Below the pieces are notes generated by a model. It saw nothing but the letters and a program-made list of their open reading frames with translations, was not told the DNA's origin and did no database searches. 64,000 nucleotides of DNA. It comes from Glycera tridactyla (lineage: Eukaryota). Numbering within the stretch: the first letter of the stretch is position 1; each line of letters begins with the position of its first letter. The stretch is from positions 80,662,001-80,726,000 of the forward strand of contig OZ286472.1 of assembly GCA_965644265.1 (NCBI GenBank), in the 5' to 3' direction. The position numbers were made by a program, and so were the translations under genes. Positions 1-12,188 of the stretch are shown here, piece by piece.

Positions 1-350
1 GGTTAGGTGGGTGGGTGTTTATGTAGGAGGTAGGTGGGTAAGGGTGGGAGGGTAGGTGTGTGGTTGGTGGGTCGGTGGATAGGTAGGTGGGTGGTGGGTG
101 GGTAAGGGGTTTCAGGGTAGGTGGGTAGGTGGGTAGGTAGGTAGGTGGGTGGGTAAATAGCTGGGTGGGCAGGTAGATGGGTAGGTGGGTGGATGGGTGG
201 GTAGGTGGGTGGATAGTCGGGTGGGTGGGTAGGTAAGTGGGTGTGTGGGTAAGGGGTGGGAGGGTAGGTGGATAGGTGTGTGGTGTGTGGTTGGATGGGT
301 AGGTAGGTAGCCGGGTGGGTAGGTGGATGGGTAGGGTGGTGGGTGGGTGA
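1..350. repeat. G-rich low-complexity microsatellite (GGGT/GGTA/GGAT units), G-quadruplex-prone
   Basis: Direct reading: continuous ggtgggtgggtaggt-type sequence; runs off the window start. Confidence 0.9.
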
Positions 351-1329
351 AGAGTGGTCTGCAACCTAGGTACCCGCTTGACGCTAGTCAACCTTTATGC
401 TGCCTATTGAAGCAACCGCTTAACATACAACGAAGGCGAACATCGGATTGTAAAGAACACAACTGGAAGATTCCCTGATCTAAGTTTCATAATTTCTCAA
501 TGTGTTTATCACCTACAAATACGAGTGCAAATAGATACAATTTCACGGCAAACTTTCGCCATCGCGGCGGCGATCTCCCGGTGATGGATTCCCACACAGA
601 ACGCTGCCATTCGCCATATTTATAACACGGTCGTTTTCTGACATGTCATGAGGTTACTGGTGAAAGTTGATGTATTTATGGCTGTATATCTATCAGGATT
701 TGGTGTTGAGTGGCGGTCGGTTGACTGGCGAAAAGCGGCGGTCGGTTGGCGAGGCGGTCGGTTGACATGTAATCTTCCCGGGGAAGCCGATTGTCACCTG
801 TCACTTTGCAGTCTCTGTGGTGATTCCCGTACTCGGAGGTCCGAGCAACCAGCGAGAAACATCAGCATCGCTAACACTGGCTTACCGGCGGATATGCGCA
901 CTATGACTCATCTTGTTGATGAAATGAAGTATTTCATATCCAGCGATGTATAAGCCAGATACATATTGTGTGAATCCGTCGTATATTCGCAATAAACAGT
1001 GAACTATCGGTCGGAAGTCAAATTCTTCCCTGCGCGCCATGTTTGCTATCTGTTATGACGTCACAGAGGGGTTTCCCCGCCATGTGTCGCTTCTAATAAT
1101 ATATTTTTCGTTTCAAACGTTCTCATAAAGTCAGTATTCTACGATATCCAAATGTAGCAATGCTCCACGCAATCACCATTGTTCCTCACACAATTCACAC
1201 ATTTTTCGAGCAGTTTCGATTCAATTCTGTTGATTCAATAGCGACCGTTTACAAATGGTAGCCCACGGTACATGTGTGGGAAACATGGTCAAATCATGGC
1301 GAATCAGCCCGTAAAATGGGCGATAGTAA

Positions 1330-1490
1330 TGTCTAGATTGAGGGGGAATCCCAAAGTGAAAATAGTACCGTCTCCGACGGAAAAATGTCTCACATCTTAT
1401 GGCTCCTCAGTCTGGAATAGTATAAGTAGTGATATACGTGGTTCAAAGAGTATACATATTTTCAAGAACAGTCTCAAAAAAATAATTTCA
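1330..1490 (+). mobile_element. Decayed 3' end of a CR1/L2-group LINE ORF2
   Basis: Translation YGSSVWNSISSDIRGSKSIHIFKNSLK matches the WNxLPxxIRxxxSLxxFKxxLK C-terminal motif of CR1/L2 ORF2. Confidence 0.6.
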
Positions 1491-1956
1491 GAGGGCGGGA
1501 TCATCCTTGAGTAAATAGCACAACTTTTCAAAATCTCTCCAATCTTCCAAATGGTTGATTTCTATGATCAGGTCTCCTCTGGTACGATTCATTCACAACT
1601 CTGATATGGGCTCCGAAGCATTATTACAGCCTCATTTCTCGCAATTAACAAGATGAATTTTCCGCATACTCGACCACTGTGATTATATGTTGATGAATTG
1701 ATGTAATCTAAAGGCTTACAAGGTGTGAATAGGTAGTCGAAATGTGGTGTTGTTACTGTAATTTTATTCAATAGATCAGCAAAAGAAGAAAAAGATATGA
1801 CGACATAATTCGGAAATAGGCGGCTCCAGGTAGCTGCAGTATCAGCAGACTTCGGTCTGATACCTCTTTTCACTCCTGTTCAATCACTCTATGTATGCTG
1901 TCATCGCCTGGTAAATAAACGATATGTCTATTGGTCAACCGCGTTTCTGGGTATCT

Positions 1957-2170
1957 GTGTGGGGAGTGGCGCATGCTCCTGGCTGGGATGTATGGTTGCC
2001 TTTTTGGAGCAGTCCACAAACCTCAGTGTACAAGACGGCTTGCTCCCTCACAGGCTAGGTGGTTGGTCCCATGGTGGAGATCCTTGGTTCAGATCCACAA
2101 GAAATCGGATGATTTCTGAAAATGTGATTTGTACATTTCAATGGTGTATCGTGAAATATAGTTTCATTCT
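1957..2170 (+). mobile_element. Interspersed repeat with B-box-like GGTTCAGATCC (SINE-like); second copy at 25561-25777 (-)
   Basis: Last 80 nt align ungapped with the reverse complement of 25561-25640 at 67/80 identity (hand count). Confidence 0.65.
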
Positions 2171-2205
2171 GAGAAACTGATCGTTACCCCTCTTTTCATC
2201 ACTAG

Positions 2206-2324
2206 GTGTCTTTACCGGATACAGTGCCCTGACTATTGCCCTGGCCTTACCAGACGATGGGAAGGTGGTGGCACTGGATGTCAGTGAAGAATTTACTGCA
2301 GTAGGCAAGCCATTCTGGAAAGAG
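2206..2324 (+). CDS. COMTD1: COMT-domain O-methyltransferase, internal exon (119 nt, phase 1-0): (G)VFTGYSALTIALALPDDGKVVALDVSEEFTAVGKPFWKE
   Basis: actag|GT acceptor, GAG|gtgagt donor; SAM-binding GxFTGYS motif of the COMTD1/CCoAOMT family. Confidence 0.93.
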
Positions 2325-2899
2325 GTGAGTCATACAAAAGCAAAAGCACAGACATCACCATGAGCTGTTTATCATAGTATTAGTGCTTTGACGATTACCT
2401 CATTATATCGATTATTGCTTCTATCCATCGATCATGCATGTTGACAACCGATTGAAAAATCAAAGATTTTTTCTTACTTGAATGGAAGAACTGTAGATGA
2501 ACTTATTATCATCACCATATATTCGTTATCTTGGGAACATCCAAATTTTGAGCGGAACATTTCACCAAATTCACAAAGTTCACGATAAATGAATATAGAA
2601 CAGTAAAGACTAAACAAAGATTGTTCTATTCTAAAGGACAGCATAGAGACATTATTTGAAGCAAGTTTAATGGTTTATTAAGATGTTTATTTGTGAATGG
2701 TATTTATCGACGTCAGGGCATCCTAACGGAGCGTATAGAAGCTGCAGGCCGACAGGTAGACAGGCAGACAGCCAAGCAGACAGACAGACCCAGACAGTAG
2801 CAAAGGTTATGAAAGGGGCACAGAATGAGGAAGAAATGAAAGTCTTTGTTCACTACGAGAATTAGGCTATGTTATTGAGCGTCATGTGGTTACGCAAAA

Positions 2900-3200
2900 C
2901 CATGGATGTATATTACATATCTGGGTGCCTAAAAGGAATGCACAGCTATCGGGCTTGAGTGTCAGCTTCCAGTCAGATATATAGTTAGATATGCCATTGT
3001 CAGGTTCATTATGTTCATGTTAACATGTTAGAGATGTGTCTGAAGTGTCATCTACTTCCACATGACAACCTGTAAGGTTCCCCATCATCTTTTGTTCTGG
3101 GTGTGTGAGTGTGGTGTCCACAGGGGAGAGAACTAGTTTTCATTGACCAGCAACACACGGCATACACAATTCCACAGGGATAATCACACCTCGACCAACC
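2900..3200 (+). mobile_element. Interspersed repeat family A (SINE-like or LINE 3' tail), copy
   Basis: Shares agagatgtgtctgaa..tacttccac.tgacaa..ccccatcatctt..cattgacca..aacacacggcatac with six other copies in the window. Confidence 0.7.
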
Positions 3201-3287
3201 AACCAAGAGATGGGGAGGAATGGAGATTGTGAAGGATGAGAAGGAATGTGAACGAGATTTACACGATGTTATGTCTATCTCTTCCAG

Positions 3288-3342
3288 GCAGGAGTCGAAA
3301 ATAAAATCGATTTGCGAATTGCACCAGCCCTTGATTCCCTCA
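3288..3342 (+). CDS. COMTD1: COMTD1 internal exon (55 nt, phase 0-1): AGVENKIDLRIAPALDSL
   Basis: cttccag| acceptor, CA|gtaagt donor; KIDLRxxPAL motif; phases match both neighbouring exons. Confidence 0.92.
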
Positions 3343-3372
3343 GTAAGTTGAACCATGTCAAGCCACGACTCA

Positions 3373-4700
3373 GACCAGTCCTACCACCTGGCTATACCAC
3401 CCTCGCTAACCATACCGTTATACCAGTCCTGCCACCTGAACAGTCATGCCACCCTCGCTAGCCATGCCACTGTACCAGTCCTGCCACCTGAATAGTCGTG
3501 CCATCCTGGCCAACCATGCCACTTACCAGTCCTGCCACCCTGGTCAACCATGCTACCCTGGCCAACCATGCCAGTGTACCAGTCCTGCTACCCAGGTCAA
3601 CCATGCTACCCTGGCCAAACATGCCACTGTACCAGTCCTGCCATCCTGGTCAACCATGCTACCCTGGCCAACCATGCCACTGTACCAGTCCTGCCACCCT
3701 GGTCAACCATGCTACCCTGGCCAACCATGCCAGTGTACCAGTCCTGCTACCCTGGTCAACCATGCCACTGTACCAGTCCTGCCACCCTGGTCAACCATGC
3801 CACTGTACCAGTCCTGCCACCCTGGTCAACCATGCTACCCTGGCCAACCATGCCACTGTACCAGTCCTGCCACCCTGGTCAACCATGCCACTGTACCAGT
3901 CCTGCCACCCTGGTCAACCATGCTACCCTGGCCAACCATGCCACTGTACCAGTCCTGCCACCCTGGTCAACCATGCCACTGTACCAGTCCTGCCACCCTG
4001 GTCAACCATGCCAGTGTACCAGTCCTGCTACCCAGGTCAACCATGCTACCCTGGCCAACCATGCCACTGTACCAGTCCTGCCACCCTGGTCAACCATGCT
4101 TCCCTGGCCAACCATGCCACTCTACCAGTCCTGCCACCCTGGTCAACCATGCCAGTGTACCAGTCCTGCTACCCAGGTCAACCATGCTACCCTGGCCAAC
4201 CATGCCACTGTACCAGTCCTGCCACCCTGGTCAACCATGCTACCCTGGCCAACCATGCCACTGTACCAGTCCTGCCACCGTGGTCAACCATGCTACCCTG
4301 GCCAACCATGCCACTGTACCAGTCCTGCCACCCTGGTCAACCATGCTACCCTGGCCAACCATGCCACTGTACCAGTCCTGCCACCCTGGTCAACCATGCC
4401 ACTGTACCAATCCTGCCACCCTGGTCAACCATGCCACTGTACCAGTCCTGCTACCCAGGTCAACCATGCTACCCTGGCCAACCATGCCACTGTACCAGTC
4501 CTGCCACCCTGGTCAACCATGCTACCCTGGCCAACCATGCCACTGTACCAGTCCTGCCACCCTGGTCAACCATGCTACCCTGGCCAACCATGCCACTGTA
4601 CCAGTCCTGCCACCCTGGCCAACCATGCCACTGTACCAGTCCTGCCACCCTGGTCAACCATGCCACTCTACCAGTCCTGCCACCCTGGCCAACCATGCTA
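3373..4700. repeat. Compound minisatellite: 53- and 35-bp monomers made of 17-18-bp subunits (ccctggtcaaccatgcta / ccctggccaaccatgcca / ctgtaccagtcctgcca)
   Basis: Direct reading; intronic in COMTD1; explains the overlapping repetitive ORFs in the track. Confidence 0.95.
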
Positions 4701-5149
4701 TCAAGCCTATCAAAGTGAAATTAGTGGCACCTGTATTTAGTCTGATGTGTCAAAATTTGAACACATCGGCAATTGAAGCGATTCAGTTCACTCAGTTTTG
4801 GCGCCGATTCACCAAACAACACTGCTTTTTCAATAGTGTCATTTCTCCCACACAATAGTTCCCCCATATTTGCATGATTGGGGCTTTTGTCTTCCCTCAG
4901 ATAATTCATAAATGGATGATTGCATACTGAGTGGGAATACTGCTATTGAAGGATGTATGAATACAAAAACTACCAGTATTATGTCCCACCTCAAAGTAAA
5001 CTGGCACCAGTCTATTTGTTCGGTAGGTGGAGTTATCCAAATCCTTGTACAATGAGACAGTTTTGAGCCAGAATAGCTTCATTGTGGACAAGCACATTCT
5101 CCAATGTGCGCCTTGGTTCTCTTGTTCATATATAGAAAAAAATGGAAAT

Positions 5150-5315
5150 GTTGAGGTTTCAGGTCCACTTTCTGCACTTGAGTAGGCTAAATCAGACCAC
5201 CTGCCATGGAGGAGCGAAGATGAAGGGTGAAACATTCCTGCATGGTAGGACCTGGGATTGAACCCCAGACCCATTGCACGCAGGCCCAGTATGCTACCAC
5301 TGAGCCACTAAGGCA
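5150..5315 (-). mobile_element. tRNA-derived SINE
   Basis: Minus strand has A-box TGGCTCAGTGG (5297-5307) and B-box GGTTCAATCCC (5254-5264), followed by non-tRNA body; no complete cloverleaf. Confidence 0.75.
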
Positions 5316-5375
5316 GGCCGTTCATATATAGATGATTGTATGTCAACAATGAACAAATGAATAGAACTGATAATA

Positions 5376-5923
5376 AGCCCATTACGTGCTACAGTTGTTT
5401 GGCCCATTACGTGCTGCAGTTGTTTGGCCCATTACATGCTGCAGTTGTTTGGCCCATTACGTGCTGCAGTTGTTTGGCCCATTACGTTCTGCAGTTGCTT
5501 GGCCCATTATGTGCCGCAGTCGTTTGGCCTATTATGTGCTGCAGTTGTTTGGCCCATTACGTGCTGCAGTTGTTTGGCCCATTACGTGCTGCAGTTGTTT
5601 GGCCCATTACGTGCTGCAGTTGTTTGGCCCATTACGTGCTGCAGTTGTTAGGCCCTTTATGTGCCACAGTCGTTTGGCCCATTATGTGCTGCAGTTGTTT
5701 GGCCCATTACGTGCTGCAGTCGATTGGCCCATTACGTGCTGCAGTTGTTTGGCCCATTACGTGCTGCAGTTGTTTGGCCCATTACGTGCTGCAGTTATTA
5801 GGCCCATTACGTGCTGCATTTGTTTGGCCCATTACGTGCTGCAGTTGTCAGGCCCATTACATGGTGCAGTTGTTTGGCCCATTACGTGTTGCAGTTGTTT
5901 GGCCCATTACATGCCGCAGTTGT
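5376..5923. repeat. 25-bp minisatellite (ggcccattacgtgctgcagttgttt), about 22 copies
   Basis: Direct reading; period 25; intronic. Confidence 0.95.
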
Positions 5924-6294
5924 CTCTCACATCATGTCCTTTGCTTTTCTTCACACATGAGTATATGCAGTTAAACCTTTCTACTCCCACAGTCAAATGA
6001 AAAAGTGTTGTTTTTTACATCTAGCATTTGTAGAGATGTGATTTATAACATTAAGGTAGTACAAGTGAAAGAGTGGCATCCTCTTGAGGTTCATATTCTA
6101 CATAGATGACCCGGTATGTGCATTCGAAATCATATAAACGTGGAAAAATGTGAAAAGTGCGATAAGAGAAATTCATATTGAGGTTGGGAAGCAGAGCAGT
6201 TCCAAGACTCTTATTGAGAATTGGGTCCACAAACCTTCTGGACATCCATGATTGTGAAGTTGGTTTGAAGTTAACTGTTCGTAATTGGACACAT

Positions 6295-6625
6295 TGATTG
6301 AGTACTCTATCGCTGTATTTCAAGTGCTGCGCTTTGCTTAAAAAGAAAGCAATGCTCTCAGGCTTTAGTGTCAGCTTCCAGCCAGTTACATAGTCAGATA
6401 TATCATTGATAGAATTAATAAGTTTATGTTGAGTTGGCAGAGATGTGTCCAAACTTTCAGCTACTTGTACTTGACAATCTTTCAGGGTCCCCATAACTTG
6501 GGGTTCATGATTTGTGAGAGTGATGCCTGCTGGGAAGACAACATCTAGCTTTCATAGACCAGGAACACATAGCATACACAATCCTATGGGTTGATACATG
6601 TCCTTAATCGTCATCCAATCAAACA
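6295..6625 (+). mobile_element. Interspersed repeat family A, copy
   Basis: Aligns by eye with 2900-3200 and 10140-10490; ends in caatcaaacaaccc tail. Confidence 0.7.
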
Positions 6626-6692
6626 ACCCACCTTTCCCCGCATTCTTGAGGCCTCAGCGGTGTACTTTACTGATGCTATTTACATTTTCCAG

Positions 6693-6826
6693 AGGCTTTA
6701 GTTGAGAGTGGCGAGAGTGGCAGCTTCGACTTCGCCTTCATTGATGCCGATAAACCTAATTACAAGAACTACTATGAATACTGCCTCAAACTGCTCCGTC
6801 CCAATGGCGTCATTGTCGTGGATAAT
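6693..6826 (+). CDS. COMTD1: COMTD1 internal exon (134 nt, phase 1-0): (K)[44 protein letters not shown]
   Basis: ttttccag| acceptor, AAT|gtaagt donor; [10 protein letters not shown] and LLRPxGVIxVDN O-methyltransferase motifs. Confidence 0.95.
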
Positions 6827-6867
6827 GTAAGTCTGTCATTGACTGTAGAGACAGCAGGATGCTGATA

Positions 6868-7319
6868 CAGTCTTCGCAAAAAAATTTCAGCCACTCTCCC
6901 GTCGGGAGAGCAGTCTCGAAAAATCACTCTCCCGAGAATAAATCCACTCTCCCGGATTTGTTCAAAAAGTGCAAAGAGAACAAGAAATCTTGAGAGCAAG
7001 ACATTTGTGTGGGTAACTGCCTTATCATGACATGAATTCCTGACATGCGAGTGATTATCTGGATAAGACCAACCCATATTTTGCTCAGTTTCGTTCTTCT
7101 GAATCAAACATGTGCACGTACATATGAAGTCATCTTGCAGGGAATATGATTTTTTGTTGTAGGAGTCAAAACTGTCTTAATCTGTCCTCACCGAAAAATC
7201 TTAAAGACCTACTGAAAAGTTTACACTCTCCAATCGGGAGAGTGAGATTGGTCTTTTCACTCTCCCAAAACCGAATTCACTCTCCCCGGGATTCGGGAGA
7301 GTGTTAATTTCGGAGACTG
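6868..7319. mobile_element. MITE with CAGTCTTCG-type TIRs and repeated CACTCTCCC subterminal motifs
   Basis: Ends cagtcttcg...cggagactg; flanks ctgata/cttata (6 bp, one mismatch); second copy at 59820-60180. Confidence 0.75.
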
Positions 7320-7929
7320 CTTATATCACTTTCGAACTCTAGTTTCGACATACTCCAATGGCAACGATGAATAGATAACTCAATGGCAGCACCTGATGCT
7401 GATCATGTAGCAAGTGTATTTTGGGTGGGATATCAGGAATACTAATAGGACCATCATCTTTACAACCACTACTGATTCAGCTGCATCACGCTTACAAGTA
7501 GGGTAGGCCGCTATAGACATTAACAGCCATTCAGTGAGGTGTTGTCTGGTTGGGGTGGCACCTAGTGGCAACTGGTGGAAATAAGCTTCTCTGTAACAAA
7601 CTCAATACATCACCTCTTGAGAGTATCCGAAAACATCACTGTTGCCACTTTTTAATACTTCAGCTTGGTGCCACACTTGGGAAAACTTCCCAAGGAACGC
7701 AATGATGCCACAATTGTACAAATTCATTATGTTTATCTCGATCACAGTGAAGTTATAACCTTGGGTTCCTATAACATACTTACCCCATATTAATTTATGT
7801 GGTAGTAATCGGAACAGGAACTGGGTGTCACTTCACTGCAAGTGTCACGTTGTGTCTATACAGTGAAATACATTGGTGGAAATCACTGGAATTAAATGCT
7901 GTTGCTGCTAATGACTGACTGTGTTGTAG

Positions 7930-8082
7930 GTGTTATGGTATGGCAAAGTGGCCACCGATACGGACACGTCCGAGTCCACTGTTGCCATACGTGCATTCAA
8001 CAAAGCCGTTGCTGCTGACGACCGAGTCCACATCAGTATGATCAACATTGGCGACGGAATCACCATAGCTATCAAGAAGTGA
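7930..8082 (+). CDS. COMTD1: COMTD1 terminal coding exon (153 nt): VLWYGKVATDTDTSESTVAIRAFNKAVAADDRVHISMINIGDGITIAIKK*
   Basis: gtgttgtag| acceptor; VLWxG and DxRVxxSxxxIGDGxT motifs; TGA at 8080-8082. Confidence 0.94.
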   Translation: MLWYGKVATDTDTSESTVAIRAFNKAVAADDRVHISMINIGDGITIAIKK

Positions 8083-8221
8083 CACTGATTATTGGCGACG
8101 AAATCACCATAGCTATCAAGAATGACACTGATTATTGGCGATGGAATCACCATAGCTATCAAGAAGTGACACTGATTATTGGCGATAGAATCACCATAGC
8201 TATCAAGAAGTGACACTGACT
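8047..8221. repeat. Four tandem copies (44/43/44/44 bp) of the last 11 COMTD1 codons plus stop
   Basis: Unit attggcgacggaatcaccatagctatcaagaagtgacactgatt starts at 8047, 8091, 8134 and 8178. Confidence 0.95.
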
Positions 8222-10139
8222 ATATTGATACTTTTCGAACACTTAGGTTTAATACATAAATTAAGCAGACACGGATGGTAAATGGGATATCCAGCTATAC
8301 GCTGACATGATGCAAGATATACCGGTCCTGTGAATAGTGAAAATCATCTCACAGATTGCATGGCTACCTTAGAAGTTAGCGTCACGGAAACGCCTGCTGC
8401 GTGTAGCGTTAGATGCAATAGAAAGGAAGGACGCACTAGAGGTGGGATTGTCTGAGAGATATGAGTAACAACTGCATGTCCTATCATCACCAGACCCAAG
8501 CTCCATCCCGGAAGCAAGTGATTGCCGAGGCATTGGTTACCAAGCACTGATCCTACTCCAATACTTATTGACTATCATTCAAACTCGCATTCGGTTGTAC
8601 AGAAGCGCTCATGAATAAAACGTCATTCCTGTAGGCGATACGTTTGGTCATGCTTGTTAGCCAAGTTATACATAGTGATACCGTCGGACCTGTATAAAGG
8701 CCGCCTTCGGCCCTATCGAAAAGTGGCCTTACAGGCAGGTCCATAAGGCTTCATACGGCTTCCATGAAAGGCTTCATGAATATTTATTAACAAAAAGTGT
8801 ATTTTGGAACAAATCTCCCCTTTTTTCGCAGGGGTACAACCACATGGTATACACGTCATGTCAGTCACATCAAGTCGACAGATTGGAGTGTCTAGTCGAA
8901 TGTGTATTGATGGCGGGTACATAGCAAAGAACAACATGGTACAAGGGATATATGGGGTATATCAGAAAGCAAGTTGCATACAGAAGGGGTTGCGCCATTT
9001 CCTCAGTTATTTATGACAATTTCACTTCGCAACAATATACTCAAAGATGTGTAAAGTGGCTGACTGTCCTACATTCATCTGACATCATTAATCAATCAAT
9101 AGCAGAATCTCTCAGCTTTCTCTTAAAGATCGATATGTTCTCTGAGTTTTTAGGTCGCTCGGGAGGCCATTATCTGCACGGGCACCACAAACGTCTGGTG
9201 ATAGGCCCTTCCCTTGCTGCCCGTCAGTTTAACATAGTATTAGAAGGGTGGGGACTCAGGTCGTGGATTCCTCGATAAACACTACTACGAACGTGCTTGG
9301 TTCTACTTGTGTTTAACTAATCGAGACCTATTTCCTTGTGCATCTCTTTTAACACCGAGGAGAGGATCTTCTTGTAGTATGATGCGGCAGGCTGCGTTCC
9401 GTATCCTTTGAAGTCTACTGGCACTTTTATAGAGAGGTCATTTACTGCTGAAAATACTATCACGGTCGCAACTCAAAGTGGTCTTTATAGAGAGGTGGTC
9501 CTTGGAGCAGGTTCGACTGTATATGGCGTGTTCTCTGTTCTGTGGTGCTTTCAGTAGAATTCCAGAATTGACCACTTTAATACGCGGCAAGACCAATAAT
9601 TATTCAATATCACTTGATGTCTATCTGGCAGCAGTGACCAATATTCGATACTAGTCATGAGTTATACATCACTGTAAAATCCAAATGTAGATGAAGTGGT
9701 TTACAGTCTGGTAGCCACAGCAAGTTCACCCGACTTTACAATTACATCTCCTGACAGGCTTGTTCAACCTTGAGCTATTCTCATCTTCGTGGGAGAATAT
9801 ACAACCACAGACCCTGAGTTTCTGCATGGGCTAAGCACTCTACTATCACCATCACTGCCCATATGGGAGTGGTGGAGTAACGTTACAGAGGTTTCACTCA
9901 GTTTGCTCCTCATAAAAGTGCCTCCTTAGTGAGTAGCACAGATCATACAGATCTGTGTAATGGTGCAGGCCTGGTATGGAATGTTGAACCTTGTCCATTT
10001 TGGTCACCCATCCGAGAATCTAAGGTCACTGCTGTGAACAGTGCTGCAACTAAGTCGCCCCTCTACCATCCACGGCTAAAGGCAATGGAGTCCAAGTTCA
10101 TGCACTTGATTTTTCATCCCAGTCGAATACTAGCTGGGG

Positions 10140-10490
10140 AGTTGGTCGAGTATTCTCCGAAACTGATGCTTTTTCTTATGTCAAGTGCTGCGCTTTGCTC
10201 GAGAGGAAAGCATTGGGTGTGATCTTCCAGACAGATACATAGTTAGATATGCCATCTGATCAATATGTGTGTGATACATTCATGTTCAGTAGGTAGAGAT
10301 GTGTCTGAACTGTCAGCTACGTGTACTTCCACCTGACAAGTTTTCAGGGTCCCCATCATCTTGTGTTCAGGGTTTGTGTAAGTGATAACGCAGAGGATAG
10401 AAGATCAAGCTCTCATTGACCAAGAACACACGGCATACATAACCCTCTGGTTTGAAACACGCCGTTAAACATCAATCAATCAACCAAGCA
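10140..10490 (+). mobile_element. Interspersed repeat family A, copy with gccgttaaacatcaatcaatc tail
   Basis: Homology to the other family A copies; tandem (CAAT)n tail. Confidence 0.72.
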
Positions 10491-11534
10491 ATCACGATCA
10501 CACATCACCGTTGCTTCAAAACAGATTAACAGCTTTCAGACGGACTTCAGGTACTTCTTGATCACTGCACACCTCAGTTGGTCGCACTTCTTTGCAAAAT
10601 AGAAAAATCATTACCAAGAAGCTTGCTTATTAGTTGTTGATAGTCCTTTCGAGCTTTTCCGAGTTTTGTAGTGAATGGTTGATGTGGAAAGGCCGTTTAT
10701 AAACAGGGTGTTGGTTCTAACTGACAACCGTTTTAATACCCCATTTATCTATGTTCAGAAGGTGAGGGCGTGACCTGCAGGACAATAGGTATTGTCCCTT
10801 CAGGACCATCGAAATACAGTGTAGTCTCAATATAGCACCTCCGTGGCGCAAAAAAAGGAACATTTATGATCACCCTCAGTGGCGTCATGCATTGACATCA
10901 TCCTGACTTTCGTTCGTCTGACTCCGATATTACCGATTTAATTATATCTCAAGCATTTTACTTATTGCCGCCATCGGCAAAGCACATCCATGGTACCTTC
11001 ACCTCCATTAAGGTTAAAACCTTCATTATATTCTAAGTCATTTTATACTTGTTGGCCCTAACCAACTAGTTTTCATCTCTTGTAATGAAAAACCATGTTT
11101 TGAAGGGGGTCATCACGCAAGATTTTGTCTGCAGGCTAATTTGTAGCATGAAACCTGGATGCAGCTGTAAACATGGCCACGTCATAGCTTAGATGACTTC
11201 CCGCATGCTAGGCGCCCTGAAATTGCCTTGTACCGCACAGAATTTCATCATACTTAATTAACATGTTGGAACTCAGTATCCCTTTCATCCTGCCAGGTTT
11301 GGTGCATATTTCCACATTATAACCCCCAAATGAGCAATTTAGTGTGTGCACTCTTGTTTTTCTCACACTACTTGATCCGGCAAGGAAGCGTCGATTCACA
11401 TATAAGCCGGGGCCAGATAGGGTTCGGACGCACCCCCCCCCCCCCGACCCCCCCCGGGCAGACGAATTTTGATATCAAAATGCCACATGGATGTGTTCTT
11501 TACAGAAATGATGTTCCGATAAGATTATCTGTGG

Positions 11535-11745
11535 TTTTGTTTGTTTGTTTGTTTGTTTGTTTGAGGCTTAACGGCATGGATTAACCCACAGGATTATGTA
11601 TGACGTATGTTCCTGGTCAATGAAAGCTAGATGTTCTCTACCCTGCAGACATCACTCTCACAAACCCTGATCACAAGATGATGGGGGAACCTGAAAGGTT
11701 GTCAAATGGAAGTAGCTGACAGTTCAGACACACCTCTACCTACTC
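11535..11745 (-). mobile_element. Interspersed repeat family A, 5'-truncated copy
   Basis: (GTTT)n on + followed by reverse-complement family A core (acaagatgatggggg..ttgtcaaatggaagtagctgacagttcagacac). Confidence 0.72.
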
Positions 11746-12188
11746 TTCATGAACAAAGCGCAGCGTTTGACACAAGGAAAAGCATCAGATTTGGAGAATA
11801 CTCGACCAATGTGCTCAATTACAAACTGTCAACTTCAAGCCAGCTTTACAATCATGGTATGGCCTATGCTCGCAGTACAATGCCACCACACAACCTAGTG
11901 AACCTAGTCGCAGCCCTAGTAACCCAGAACTGGTGTGCCTGGTACCCGCTTTTTGCATAGTGACAATATCTGCTACAGGCAAACCATCAGCTACCTACAC
12001 CTAAGACCATTTCGCTGAAGAATAAGAAAGAACTTAGAGGGATAGAAAAGCAGTGAAGAAAAAGGAAGCATGGCGATAGTGTAATTTTGGTAGAAAATGC
12101 CTAAAGACAGATGGCAGAAAATTTGAATGTATGTTTTCATCCAAACCCGCACCTGAAAAACTATTGAGAAAAAGGCTGCGGCGGGCTT

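Noticed and set aside
351-2205. Upstream COMTD1 exons
   Set aside because: No phase-1 exon with a KKxLDIG-like peptide found; the CpG-rich 420-1320 stretch looks transposon-derived, but I could not define its ends.
3446-4858. Three overlapping 400-470 aa ORFs
   Set aside because: Stop-free frames of an intronic minisatellite; all three frames are open and the peptides are permutations of one another.
5250-5315. Possible tRNA gene
   Set aside because: Only A and B boxes are present, with no acceptor stem or terminator; better explained as a SINE head.
5336-6000. ORFs of about 200 aa, and a CRISPR-like look of the 25-bp repeat
   Set aside because: Head-to-tail repeat with no unique spacers and no cas genes, in a eukaryotic intron.
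10765-10825. Hairpin ggacaata/tattgtcc with nearby ctgaag and gaaa motifs, considered as a hammerhead
   Set aside because: Core motifs are in the wrong order and orientation for a hammerhead; only a small palindrome.
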